Origin: a virus
Lineage: Duplodnaviria; Caudoviricetes
Length of the DNA stretch: 39,846 nucleotides
Virus record (IMG/VR): IMGVR_UViG_3300048895_000326
Coordinates: 1-39,846 of that record
Strand: one strand, 5' to 3'
Position numbers and translations under genes: made by a program. The notes beneath the pieces are model-generated. The model was not told the DNA's origin and made no database searches. It was given only the letters and a program-made list of their open reading frames with translations. Shown in pieces: positions 1 to 9,398 of the stretch. Within the stretch, counting starts at the first letter, position 1. Every line of letters starts with the position of its first letter.

Positions 1-127
1 GACCAGCGGGCGCAGCGCGCGGAGACGCAGGCTCAGCACGGCGCCGGTCAGGCCGTGGCCGGCTTCTTTGACGCTCAGGCGGAACTCGCCGCGGCCGAAG
101 CCGAGCGCAAAGCAGTTCACGAGCAAC
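1..127. repeat. Terminal direct repeat, copy 1 (circular assembly overlap)
   Basis: 1-127 is identical to 39720-39846; 127 nt equals a common assembler k-mer; the repeat lies inside an open reading frame. Confidence 0.97.
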
Positions 128-1209
128 AGCTGAAGCTGGAGACCACGCCGGATCCGCAGGTCGACCCCGACCGCTACGTCAAGTCGATGAGCACCGGCAA
201 AGACATCGGACTCATCATCCTCGGGGCGCTGAACGGGGCGTTCCGCGGCCTGGCGGGTCAGGGTGGTAACGATGTCGTCGACATCCTGAACAAGCGCATC
301 GACCAGGACGTGGAGGTTCAGAAGACAGCGGCCGCCAACGGGCGCGCCGACCGCACGAACAAGGTCGCTCAGCTGATGGAGCGGGGCCACGACCTGGAGA
401 CCGCGGCGAAGCTGGCGAAGGTCCAGGCTCGAGAGTACGCCGCGAAGCTCTACGAGCAAGAGGCGGCGGCGGCCGGCGCCGCGGAGTTCCGCGAGCAGGC
501 CGCCCTGGACGCCGCGAAGATCCGGGCCACTGGCGCCGCGGAGATTCGACAGCTGGTCCAGTCGGGCGAATCGCGCACCCAGACCACGAACACATTCGCG
601 CGCCCGGCGGCTGGGAAGGCCGTCGACACCGGCAAGGCCATCAAAGAGGCGCTGGAGCTCGACAAGATTCTGGAGGAACGCGGCTACGACAAGGATCGGC
701 GAGACGCCACCCTGAAGGCCGCCGGCCTGGCGCCGCCCACCGGCAAGACGGGCGTTGAACTCGCGCGCGAGAAGCCGACCGAGCTCCAGGTGAAGAACCA
801 GCTGACGGTCGACAAGCTGAAGAACATGGCGGCCCAGCTGGAGGACCTACCGAAGGAGATCCTTACCCGCGAGTCTCGACCGCTGCCGAGCCGCGTGGCG
901 CGGGATGCCGCGGACTACGTCTTCGGCGAAGGCTCTGGGGACGCCACGCTGACTCCGAAGGAACTCGCCGACAAGCAGACCTTCGAGCAGATCAAAACGA
1001 CCTACGCTAGCTTGCTCAGCGTCGCGAACCAGCAGGGCGCCCTGGCGGGCCCCGAGTATGAGCGCGCGGTGAAGGCGGCCGGCGCCATGAACCGCCCGGC
1101 CCAGATGAAGGCCGCGATCTCCAACCTGCTGGGCGTCATGGGCGTCTCCCCCGAGGAGGGCGGCCGCGGCACTCGAGCGTCAGCGGGCTTCAATGAGGTC
1201 ACCGAATAA
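1..1209 (+). CDS. C-terminal part of a putative DNA ejection/internal virion protein that starts at 39291 and spans the junction (about 545 aa in total)
   Basis: Frame is open from ATG 39291 through the overlap into 1-1209; Ala/Gln/Glu-rich helical sequence; TAATG stop/start coupling at both ends. Confidence 0.7.
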   Translation, partial: DQRAQRAETQAQHGAGQAVAGFFDAQAELAAAEAERKAVHEQQLKLETTPDPQVDPDRYVKSMSTGKDIGLIILGALNGAFRGLAGQGGNDVVDILNKRIDQDVEVQKTAAANGRADRTNKVAQLMERGHDLETAAKLAKVQAREYAAKLYEQEAAAAGAAEFREQAALDAAKIRATGAAEIRQLVQSGESRTQTTNTFARPAAGKAVDTGKAIKEALELDKILEERGYDKDRRDATLKAAGLAPPTGKTGVELAREKPTELQVKNQLTVDKLKNMAAQLEDLPKEILTRESRPLPSRVARDAADYVFGEGSGDATLTPKELADKQTFEQIKTTYASLLSVANQQGALAGPEYERAVKAAGAMNRPAQMKAAISNLLGVMGVSPEEGGRGTRASAGFNEVTE

Positions 1210-3314
1210 TGGCGCTTTTCGTTGACCCCGACACCGGGAAGAAGTTCGAGAACGACGCGCCTGACGCAGCCGAGAAGGCCACGGCGCTCGGCCTGGTGCC
1301 CGCCGAAGCCTACGCGGCAGACCAGCGCTCGGGTGGCACCCTGGACGCGATCCGAACGGGCGCCGAAGAAGGCATCCGCCAGGTCGCCAGCGGGGTCGCG
1401 GCCGCGGCTCGGGGCGCCTCCAGCTTCGGCAGCGACGCGGAGCTCGATCCGATGGGGAACCCCATCACCTCCACCGAACCTACCCTGGACGTGAAGGGCG
1501 CCGACCTGGCGCCGGGTGTCTATACAGATGCCGCGCTCGAACGGCGAGCCGTCAACCCCACGGCCACGGCCATCGGTGGGGCGCTTCCCGCCGTCGCTGC
1601 GGGGCTCGCGGCGCCCGGGGGACTGGCGGCCACTCTCGCCCTGGACGTGGCGTCAGCGGCCGCGCAGGAGGCCACAGACGCGGAACTCGCGGGGGAGGGC
1701 GTCAACGCCGGCCACGTCCTGAGGAACGCCGCTCTGAACGCCGTCTTCAGCGGCGCCGGTGCGGCCATTCCGCCGGCGGCTCGCGCGCTCATGCGGGGGA
1801 CCGAGGACCTGGTAACCCGCACCGCGAAGGCGGCCACCGCGAAGCTGGAGACGTACGGGGCGAAGGCCATCGGCGAGAAGGCGGCGAAGATCGTCGGGGA
1901 AGCCGACGAAGCTCTGGCCGGCGTCAAGCTGCCGAAAATCGCGAACAATCCCCCGAGCCAGCGCCAGGCGCTCGAGGACCTGGCGGACGCCTTCGAGAAG
2001 ACGTCCCCCGAGGCGAAGCAGGTCCGGGCGCTGGCGAAGCAGAGCGGCGCCGGCCGGTACCGGGGCCTCCAGGAACTCGCGGCCGATCTCCCTCGAGACT
2101 CCGAACTGGCCGCCAGCATCGGGGACACCCTGCGCCGCGCCGACCTCTGGGGCCAGAAGGCGGTGGACTTCGAGTCGGACCTGGCGGCAGCGCGCGCCAT
2201 GCGCCCGGCGGAAGACGCGGGGCCCGAAGCCTGGTCCGCCTTCGCTGACGCCCTGAGGAAGCTCCCAGACGACCGCCTGGCGAAGCGCGCGGAGCTCCTG
2301 GACGAACTCGCTCAGACGAAGGCGCTCGATGGCCTGGTCGGCTCGGGTGGCCTGGACAAGACAGCGGGGTTCCTGGCTGACTCTGCCACGAAGAGGGCCA
2401 GCACCATCGTTGGCGGCGCTCTGGGCGGGCTTCCGGGCGCCCTGGCGGGTCACCTCATCGGCGAGGCGACGGGCGGCGTAGCGAACGCCCTGAAGCCCCG
2501 TATCGCGTCTGGCCTGGTCTCGAGCGCGAAGGCGCTGAAGCAGGTGGCTGAGATGGATCGCCAGCTGACGGCGCGGTTCCTGGTCGACCCCGTGGCCGCT
2601 CAGAAGTACGCGCGCGTTCTCGGGGACGCCCCGAGCGCGCTCCAGCGCTTCCAGGGCGACGATGAGACGCCGGTCCAGGCGATGCAACGCCACCAGCAGA
2701 CCCTGCGCCAGTTCCGCCAGGACCCGAGCGCCATGCTGGGCCTGCTCGGCGAGGAACTCGGGGACCTGGACGCCCAGTCCCCGACCCTCTATCGCCAGGC
2801 GGTGGCGCAAGCCGCGAAGGTCGGCGAGTTCCTCCAGGCGGAGATCCCGAAGCCCCGCGGCGTGTCCGTAGCGCGGCCCCAGGGCACCCCGCCGTCCCCG
2901 CTCGAGATCCGGAACTACGCCCTGAAGTTCGGCGCCGCCACCGACCCGCAGAGCGTCATGGCCGATGCGCGTTCCGGGCGCCTACGCCGCGAGCAGCTCG
3001 AGACGCTCCAGAAGCTCTGGCCCGATGAGTACAACGCGCTGCGCCAGGAAGTAATCGGGCGGCTGGGCCACGGCTCGAGCACGGCCACCCGCCAGCGTAT
3101 GAACCTGCTCTTCAATCTGGACGCCAGCATCGACCCCGCGCTGGGGATGCGTACCCGTCGCCTGGCGGCGGCAGCCCGCGCGAAGAGCTCCCAGGCTTCG
3201 GCGAGCGCCCCGAGCCCCAACCGGAACTACGCACCCAAATCACCGCCCTCCCAGGCCGGCATGATGCCTGCTGGGGAAGCAGCCCTGCAGCTCGGCCCCA
3301 ACATGGGCCGATAA
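1209..3314 (+). CDS. Putative large DNA ejection/internal virion protein (701 aa)
   Basis: Ala/Gly-rich with glycine-zipper-like segments (GGALGGLPGALAG); third of three coupled helical ORFs; function inferred from podovirus context. Confidence 0.6.
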   Translation: MALFVDPDTGKKFENDAPDAAEKATALGLVPAEAYAADQRSGGTLDAIRTGAEEGIRQVASGVAAAARGASSFGSDAELDPMGNPITSTEPTLDVKGADLAPGVYTDAALERRAVNPTATAIGGALPAVAAGLAAPGGLAATLALDVASAAAQEATDAELAGEGVNAGHVLRNAALNAVFSGAGAAIPPAARALMRGTEDLVTRTAKAATAKLETYGAKAIGEKAAKIVGEADEALAGVKLPKIANNPPSQRQALEDLADAFEKTSPEAKQVRALAKQSGAGRYRGLQELAADLPRDSELAASIGDTLRRADLWGQKAVDFESDLAAARAMRPAEDAGPEAWSAFADALRKLPDDRLAKRAELLDELAQTKALDGLVGSGGLDKTAGFLADSATKRASTIVGGALGGLPGALAGHLIGEATGGVANALKPRIASGLVSSAKALKQVAEMDRQLTARFLVDPVAAQKYARVLGDAPSALQRFQGDDETPVQAMQRHQQTLRQFRQDPSAMLGLLGEELGDLDAQSPTLYRQAVAQAAKVGEFLQAEIPKPRGVSVARPQGTPPSPLEIRNYALKFGAATDPQSVMADARSGRLRREQLETLQKLWPDEYNALRQEVIGRLGHGSSTATRQRMNLLFNLDASIDPALGMRTRRLAAAARAKSSQASASAPSPNRNYAPKSPPSQAGMMPAGEAALQLGPNMGR

Positions 3315-3323
3315 GGATCCATC

Positions 3324-3692
3324 ATGCCCAGCAACTCCCCAGCTCAGATTCGCGACCGAGCCGCCCCGTTCTCCCGCGTCTTCACGACCGCTCAGGCAGA
3401 CCTGACGGCATTCACGGTCAACTCGGGTGGAGCCTCTGGAACGGCCATCTCCATTCCGTACGGCAACCCCTCCAGCGGGATGACGCTCATCGCTCTGACG
3501 GCGGCCGCGGTCGTCCTCACCTGGAAGGACTGCGCGGGCGTGGTGAACACCATCAGCTACACGGCGACCCTGGCAGGCCAGAGCATCCCCATCCCGAGCG
3601 GCGCCATCTCGCTGGACGTGGTCACGAACTGCGCCGTTCACGTCTACTGGCATGGCTCCAGCTCTCCTCAGCGAGTGAGCGTCAACCCGTAG
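3324..3692 (+). CDS. Hypothetical beta-rich protein, possibly virion-associated (122 aa)
   Basis: AAGGA RBS upstream; Thr/Ser/Val-rich; last gene of the rightward block. Confidence 0.6.
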   Translation: MPSNSPAQIRDRAAPFSRVFTTAQADLTAFTVNSGGASGTAISIPYGNPSSGMTLIALTAAAVVLTWKDCAGVVNTISYTATLAGQSIPIPSGAISLDVVTNCAVHVYWHGSSSPQRVSVNP

Positions 3693-4215
3693 TCTTCTCG
3701 GGCAGCGCGGCGATGAGTGCGCGGATCACATCCGCGTTCTCTCGCATCGCCTCTTCGAGCTCGGGCGGAGGATTCGCGAAGAGCTCCTTCAGGCTCTCTT
3801 CCCGCTGCGTCATGTCGCGGATGAGCTGCTCGATGTCGATGCCTTCGCTGGGCCCGTTCAGGGGCTGCCTGGCGGGGTTCCAGCGCTTCGGCCACCTGCG
3901 CTCCAGGAACCAGGCTGACGCCTTCCAGTCGCCGCGCGGTGGCTCATCCGGGTCGCGTTGCATGCCGGCTTGGTAGACCTCCTCGGCCGCGGCGCCTTCG
4001 TGCTCGATCTGGATCCGCGAGTACTCCTTCGCGAACGTGCGGTAAGGCTCTACCGCATCGGGCACCAGCCCTTTCTTCAGCCAGAGCTTCAGCGTTCCAG
4101 GGTCGACTTTGGAGCGGATGGCTATCTGGGAATCGAAGAGCCGACATGAAGCCGCCGTGGCCAGGATCTTGTCCATCAGCGGCTTCGTCAGCGGGCTCTC
4201 CTTCGAGGCTTTCAC
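3682..4215 (-). CDS. terS: Terminase small subunit
   Basis: N-terminal HTH-like segment (IAIRSKVDPGTLKLWLKKG) and DWKASAWFLERRWP motif typical of a TerS-like family; same operon as portal. Confidence 0.65.
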   Translation of the reverse strand: MKASKESPLTKPLMDKILATAASCRLFDSQIAIRSKVDPGTLKLWLKKGLVPDAVEPYRTFAKEYSRIQIEHEGAAAEEVYQAGMQRDPDEPPRGDWKASAWFLERRWPKRWNPARQPLNGPSEGIDIEQLIRDMTQREESLKELFANPPPELEEAMRENADVIRALIAALPEKTTG

Positions 4216-5033
4216 GCCAGCTGGATCTTCCCCGCGCGACCCGCCAGGATGGCTTCCCTCAGGATCGCGGCGTCATCGATCTCCGCCAGCACGCTTTCAT
4301 AGGGGACCAGCCACTGGTACTCCCCGCGGACCCGGACCTTCTGCCCGATCTCCTTGCAGAACCCCACCAGCTGCCCCACCTCGATGTCGCTCTGGCGACC
4401 CGCGTTGCGCTCCTTCAGCAGCGCGGCGAGCGCCTCTTCTGCGTCCTGGTCGCCGTGGTACAGAGAGGCGGGCTCGGTAACCAGCAGGTCCAGGAAACGC
4501 CGCTCCACCGGCGTCATCGAGTCGGGCCGCGGACGGTTCGTCAGGCGCCCGATGGACACCACCTCATGGTAGAGGGTGTGCGCTGCCGCAGTCCCCTTGC
4601 TCGTGTGCCCCGAGGCGAAGCCGTCGGTGTATTGCATGCGAAGAAGGTCGATGCGGTCGGTCCCTGTCAGCGCCACCTTGTAGCGCTCGGGCGCCGCGCG
4701 GGTCACCACGAAGTTGTCGAGCGGCTGAATCGTCTGGTCGCTCTCGCGGTAGAGACCACAGAAGGCGTCCCCGCCGCAGATATAGCACTCGTCATCGGCG
4801 ACTATGTAACCCTGCTTCACGCGAAAAAAGTCGATGAACGCCAGGTCGCCGGCCTTCACCGCCGTGACCAGCGGCCCGACGCTCACCACCTCGCAACAGG
4901 CCATGTTGTCCGGAACGCTGGTCACACTGTTCGCGTTGCTCACCAGCTCGATGCCGGTGTCTCGGTCGGTCTCCGAGAAAAGGTCCAGCCGTGGCTTCAG
5001 AACGACGTTGTCCCCGATGGCTCGAATCTTCAT
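4212..5033 (-). CDS. Tandem double-domain GroES/Cpn10-like co-chaperonin
   Basis: Domain 1: MKIRAIGDNVVLKP..TGIEL..EVVSVGP..VKAGD; domain 2: IQPLDNFVV..EVVSIG..IEVGQLVGF..GQKVRVRGEYQWLVPYESVLAEI. Confidence 0.8.
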   Translation of the reverse strand: MKIRAIGDNVVLKPRLDLFSETDRDTGIELVSNANSVTSVPDNMACCEVVSVGPLVTAVKAGDLAFIDFFRVKQGYIVADDECYICGGDAFCGLYRESDQTIQPLDNFVVTRAAPERYKVALTGTDRIDLLRMQYTDGFASGHTSKGTAAAHTLYHEVVSIGRLTNRPRPDSMTPVERRFLDLLVTEPASLYHGDQDAEEALAALLKERNAGRQSDIEVGQLVGFCKEIGQKVRVRGEYQWLVPYESVLAEIDDAAILREAILAGRAGKIQLA

Positions 5034-6091
5034 CGCCGACCCCTTTCCTCGCGCACGGTTTCCGCAATGAGCTCTTCAACGCTCATCTTGCGGGTCTTCG
5101 GGTCGTCCTGGGGCTTTCCCGTCACGGCCGCCGCGACCTTCGGCGCGGGCTTCTCGCCCTTGCCCTTCGCCTTGTTCGCGAAGTATCGGCTCAGCTGCTC
5201 ATGCTGCTGACGCAGCGTCTTCATGGCGAGTGGCAGCGCCTTCGCGGGGGAATCGATACCCTTCGCGTGGCCCCTGCGGATCTCCTCGATGACCAGGTCG
5301 ACGACGCCGGGGCAGTCCTTCACCAGCTGAGAGTCAGCCTTAGAGATGACGCCCGTCACCCAGGTCTTCGCCTCGGTGAGCGCGGCCTGGCGCTTCGTCT
5401 CCTTCTCGCTGACCTCGGTGGTCTTCTCTGCGGCCTTCGCCTCCAGGCGCTCCTTCCGGCCACTGATGCCGTTGGTCACCCAGCGGATCATCGTGTTCCA
5501 GTCGTGCCCACCCCACTTCTCGATTAGATCTAAGAAGCCATCGACGTCGCCCTGCTCGGCGCGCTTGCGGGCCTCGATGGGGTCCCCGTACTTCTGGCCC
5601 AGCTGGACGGCGAGCTCGTCCGCCTTCGCGGTCTTCGCGGTAGCGGCCGCCTCCTGCTTCTCCAGGTCTCGGATCTGACGCCGCAAGGTAACGTGCGCCT
5701 TGCTCGTCAGCATCTCTTCGGCAGCGGGCCCCATCGCCTTCAGGAGTGCGGCGAGGTCCTTCGCTTTGACGGCAGAGGCAAGGGCGGCGGGGTCGACTTC
5801 CGCCACATCTGCAGGAGCCTCCTCAGAACCCTCTTCGCCAGGCTCATCCTCGGTGGCTTCGGCTGGCTCGTCGACAGCAGGAGCTGTCTCATCGCCTCCT
5901 CCTTCGTCAGCCACTGCCCCGTCGCCTCCATCCTCCGCTTCTGAAACTCCTCCAGGTACGTCGCCATCGTCTGCCTTGTGCCCTTCCGCAATGAATGCCG
6001 CGATGTCCGCTGCCGCCGAAGTCTGGACCGGCGCCGACACCGGCGCGATCACCACGTTGCCGGGCGCCGCGGACACTGTTTTGACTGCCAT
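5030..6091 (-). CDS. Putative capsid scaffolding protein
   Basis: Acidic disordered N-terminus, coiled-coil middle, basic C-terminus; directly downstream of portal. Confidence 0.65.
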   Translation of the reverse strand: MAVKTVSAAPGNVVIAPVSAPVQTSAAADIAAFIAEGHKADDGDVPGGVSEAEDGGDGAVADEGGGDETAPAVDEPAEATEDEPGEEGSEEAPADVAEVDPAALASAVKAKDLAALLKAMGPAAEEMLTSKAHVTLRRQIRDLEKQEAAATAKTAKADELAVQLGQKYGDPIEARKRAEQGDVDGFLDLIEKWGGHDWNTMIRWVTNGISGRKERLEAKAAEKTTEVSEKETKRQAALTEAKTWVTGVISKADSQLVKDCPGVVDLVIEEIRRGHAKGIDSPAKALPLAMKTLRQQHEQLSRYFANKAKGKGEKPAPKVAAAVTGKPQDDPKTRKMSVEELIAETVREERGRR

Positions 6092-6097
6092 GGCTAT

Positions 6098-6126
6098 ATT
6101 ATCGTATAGACGCGCCCGACGGTCAA
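6098..6126 (-). promoter_or_regulatory. Promoter with CGATAAT box (TTGACC-17-GATAAT), 6 nt before scaffold ATG
   Basis: ATTATCG at 6098-6104 and GGTCAA at 6121-6126 on the + strand. Confidence 0.7.
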
Positions 6127-7976
6127 GCGGCGATGCCTTGGAGCGGAGGAAGCGGCGTGGTTCCCACGGGCGGCGCCACTTCCGCCGGCGCGGCCGCCGC
6201 GGCCACGGGCGCCAGCGCGCTGCAGTCGGCCATGAACATGAAGTAGAACTCCAGGCGCTCGTCTTCGAGGTCGTCCATCTGCGCTTCTAGATACCCCTGG
6301 ACCACGCGAATCAGAGCGGCGCCGATGTCCATGTGCTCGAAGGGCGGAATGTAGAAGCCAGGCTTCACCACCTCCTCATCGGAGGCAAACTGCCAGCGGT
6401 ACATCTGCTTCTCCACCCACTGGCGCTCGATGTCGACGTCGTCCATCTCCTCGGGGAGGTCGAAGCCGTGGCCTTGCATGGCAGCGAACCCGCTGTCGCT
6501 CAGGATGCCCAGCTGTTTCATTTCGTAGGCGCGTTGCATGCGGTCGGCCGGGTTCCCCTTCGTGCCGCTCACCGCTTCAGCCTGCCAGACGTACTTCAGG
6601 TTCTCGATGCCGTGCAGCGCCACCTGGCCCGAGACCTCGCGCAGCGTGTCCTGACAGGGCGCGTGTCGAAGCATCTTCGGATCGTCTTCGAAGATGTCGC
6701 AGAGGATCTGGACGATGACCTCGGCGCTGTCGACGGCCACCGCCTGGATGTAGCGTCCCTGGAGAGCCGCGAACCGCTCGTTCACCAGCGCGGCCACGTA
6801 GCTCTGGCCGATGGCGCTGTCCACGCCCTTCTGGGCCACGCCCTGGGTGTGGCTCTCCGCCAGGCCGACGACCGCGTGCGCGTCGCCGTAATGACGATCC
6901 GCGACCGTCAGGTGATCGGGTGAGAAGCCCGGGGCGCTCTCGGTGGTCGGGGCATACTCCGCGTTCGTGAACACCACCAGGTGATCCTCGGTGCTGTTCA
7001 TGGCCTCGGGGTTCACCAGCTTCGCCTTGTCGACGTAGGTCGTCGACAGGTTCGTCTTATTGATGGCCCGGTCCACCCGCGAGAGAACCAGGTTGTCTCG
7101 CCGCATCGACTCGTAGGCGTGATGAACGAGCGAGTGCGCCAGGGGCCCATAGAGGTGGCTGTTGCACCCGAGCCACACGAACGGCGGCCTTTCATGCGGG
7201 TAGGGGTCGTTTCTGAGCGCCGCGCCATTCTTCACGCAGACCACCCAGCGCCCGTCCTTCCCACCCGAGGCGCCGCGCCACCCTTCATAGAGGCAGACGA
7301 AGTCCGTCAGCTTCTCACCCGCTCTGGTCGGCGTGCACCACTCGGCGGGTGGCTCGCCCACGCTGCCGCGGATCTCCGCCTCGCTGTCGGGGTACATCTC
7401 GACCACGTCGTCGACGGGCAGCCAGGAGATGACAGCCTGGACGCGCAGGTCGGGGCTCCAGGCCATCCCCAGGGTGTCATGGATCCGAGCGCCGACCTTG
7501 CCGTCGTCGTTGTAGTACTGGACGGCCACGGTCCCCGACGCGCCAGCGGCCAGCTTTAGGGCCGCGATCCAGAGCTCATGAAGCGTCGCGAAGAGCCCCT
7601 TGCGACTGGCGTACTCCGCGCGCACCAGGAGCTGGAGGTCCTCCGCCTGGCGCCGGTCCTTCCATGACCCCTTGTTCGTCAGCATCGCCGGCAACGGCGG
7701 GTCGATGGCGCCGATCTTACTCGTCAGGGTGTCGACCAGCTCATGCGCCACGTTGCGGATGATGGGTATCTGGTCGCGCTCGAAGCAGTTGGCGTTGTCG
7801 TCGGTGTCGAAGACGTACCCCCAGGGCCCGAGACACGTCAGGTTCATCCCCTCCGTCACCCGAGCGTACTTTTCGGCGAGCGACCGGCGCGCGCTCTGGA
7901 CGCCGGCGAACCTCAAAAGCCAGTCCCTGAGCTCATCGGCCGCCTGGTCGTCGTCCTTCGCGTTGTAGAATGCCAT
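6123..7976 (-). CDS. Portal protein (P22-like size, about 617 aa)
   Basis: Size, position between TerL and scaffold, portal-like segments (IIRNVAHELVDTLTSKI; NDPYPHERPPFV); start placed at 7976, 7 nt after CGATAAT. Confidence 0.8.
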   Translation of the reverse strand: MAFYNAKDDDQAADELRDWLLRFAGVQSARRSLAEKYARVTEGMNLTCLGPWGYVFDTDDNANCFERDQIPIIRNVAHELVDTLTSKIGAIDPPLPAMLTNKGSWKDRRQAEDLQLLVRAEYASRKGLFATLHELWIAALKLAAGASGTVAVQYYNDDGKVGARIHDTLGMAWSPDLRVQAVISWLPVDDVVEMYPDSEAEIRGSVGEPPAEWCTPTRAGEKLTDFVCLYEGWRGASGGKDGRWVVCVKNGAALRNDPYPHERPPFVWLGCNSHLYGPLAHSLVHHAYESMRRDNLVLSRVDRAINKTNLSTTYVDKAKLVNPEAMNSTEDHLVVFTNAEYAPTTESAPGFSPDHLTVADRHYGDAHAVVGLAESHTQGVAQKGVDSAIGQSYVAALVNERFAALQGRYIQAVAVDSAEVIVQILCDIFEDDPKMLRHAPCQDTLREVSGQVALHGIENLKYVWQAEAVSGTKGNPADRMQRAYEMKQLGILSDSGFAAMQGHGFDLPEEMDDVDIERQWVEKQMYRWQFASDEEVVKPGFYIPPFEHMDIGAALIRVVQGYLEAQMDDLEDERLEFYFMFMADCSALAPVAAAAAPAEVAPPVGTTPLPPLQGIAA

Positions 7977-7983
7977 CGGAATC

Positions 7984-8026
7984 ATTATCGGCGCGGGGCC
8001 TACCGGGCGCCGGGCCCGGCGATAGT
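7984..8026. promoter_or_regulatory. Back-to-back divergent promoters for portal (CGATAAT, -) and TerL (CGATAGT, +)
   Basis: ATTATCG at 7984-7990 and CGATAGT at 8020-8026, each 7 nt from a start codon. Confidence 0.65.
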
Positions 8027-8033
8027 ATAGACA

Positions 8034-9398
8034 GTGATTGTCCAGCGCGACCCGCTATCCGCCCTCCTGAAGCTGGCGCCGTCGCCGGTCATCCGCTGCC
8101 TGTTCGACAAGCAACGGGCGGCGCTCTGGGGCTCGAGGCGATTCCGGTCCTGGCTCGCTGGGCGCCGCGCGGGGAAGAGCTTCGCCGCTGCCGCCTGGCT
8201 GCTCGGTGGCGCCGCGGGGCAGATCTCCATCTACTGCTCGCGCACCCTGAAAAGCGCGAAGGGCATCATGATCGCGGCGTTCCGGGAGTTGAACGCGCGC
8301 TTCCAGCTGGGGCTCGACATCCGCGCCAGCACGGGAACCATCACCGAGCCGAGCGGCCACGTCATCCAGTTCTATGGCCTCCGCGACGCTGGCGCCGCAG
8401 ACCTCATCCGCGGCTTGTCGAAGCTGCGCCGCGCCTTCATCGACGAAGGCGGGACGTTCACGGATGACTTGCTCAAGTACGCCATCGAGTCGGTAATCCA
8501 GCCTATCCTGCTGGACCTGAAGGGAGACATGTGCCTGGCGGGGACCCCTGGCGTCATCCCCAAAGGGTACTTCTTCGACATCAGTGGCAACCCTGGAGCC
8601 CCGCAGCTGGGGCAGGTCGGGCGCTGGCAGACCCACCACTGGACCTATGAGAGCAACCCCCACATCCCCGCGGAACTCGTCTTGCAGGAGGCCTTCGAGG
8701 CCAACGGCTGGACCCCCCAGCACGCGACATTCATGCGGGAATATGGCGCCATCTGGTGTGAAGACGCGGAGAGCATCATCTATCGCTACAAGGGCGAGCG
8801 GTGGGCATCCCCGCCAGAGTCCGGCGTCACCGTCATGGCGCTCGACTTCGGCGTGGTGGACCAGACCGCGTGGGCCATCGGTCGCCAGGCGTACGACCAG
8901 CGGCCGCATATGCACGTTCTGAAGGCCCACGCTCAGAGCAACGTCGACCTCCCCGAGATCGCGCGCATCACCCGCGAGTTCCGCGAGCGCTTCAACGTGA
9001 ACCGCATCATCGCTGACGAGGGCGCCCTGGGGAAGGCGCTCGCAAACAACCTGCGGAACCAGTACCACCTACCCATCGAGGCGGTGCCGAAGCAGCACAA
9101 GCGCGCGAAGATCGACATCGTGCGCGGGCGGCTCGCGGCGGGCACCATCCACCTCTGCGAGGAGGCGTCCCCGCTGGCTGACGAGTGGCAAACGCTCTGC
9201 TGGAACCTGGAGCGCGACGACCATCACGAGCGGCAGCTGGATGACCTGAGCGACGTGACCTGCTACCTGGCGAACGCCGAAGAGTTCAGCGCGTGGGAGT
9301 TCCCCGTCCCCCCGAAGGTCGTTTCGCTCGAGCACGAACGGATGAAGCTGGCGGCGATGCAACGCGCTTTGCGAGGGCCCGGGCTTGGTTCCTTCTGA
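8034..9398 (+). CDS. terL: Terminase large subunit
   Basis: Walker A AGRRAGKS, Walker B AFIDEG, coupling motif GTP, nuclease motifs ALDFG..D and DDLSD. Confidence 0.95.
   Translation: MIVQRDPLSALLKLAPSPVIRCLFDKQRAALWGSRRFRSWLAGRRAGKSFAAAAWLLGGAAGQISIYCSRTLKSAKGIMIAAFRELNARFQLGLDIRASTGTITEPSGHVIQFYGLRDAGAADLIRGLSKLRRAFIDEGGTFTDDLLKYAIESVIQPILLDLKGDMCLAGTPGVIPKGYFFDISGNPGAPQLGQVGRWQTHHWTYESNPHIPAELVLQEAFEANGWTPQHATFMREYGAIWCEDAESIIYRYKGERWASPPESGVTVMALDFGVVDQTAWAIGRQAYDQRPHMHVLKAHAQSNVDLPEIARITREFRERFNVNRIIADEGALGKALANNLRNQYHLPIEAVPKQHKRAKIDIVRGRLAAGTIHLCEEASPLADEWQTLCWNLERDDHHERQLDDLSDVTCYLANAEEFSAWEFPVPPKVVSLEHERMKLAAMQRALRGPGLGSF

Noticed and set aside
1-127. Biological terminal repeat (T7-like DTR)
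   Set aside because: Length equals a common assembler k-mer and it lies inside a gene; most likely an assembly overlap
3309-3315. CGATAAG as another late promoter
   Set aside because: Mismatch at the conserved final T; better explained as a TAA stop plus AAGGA RBS
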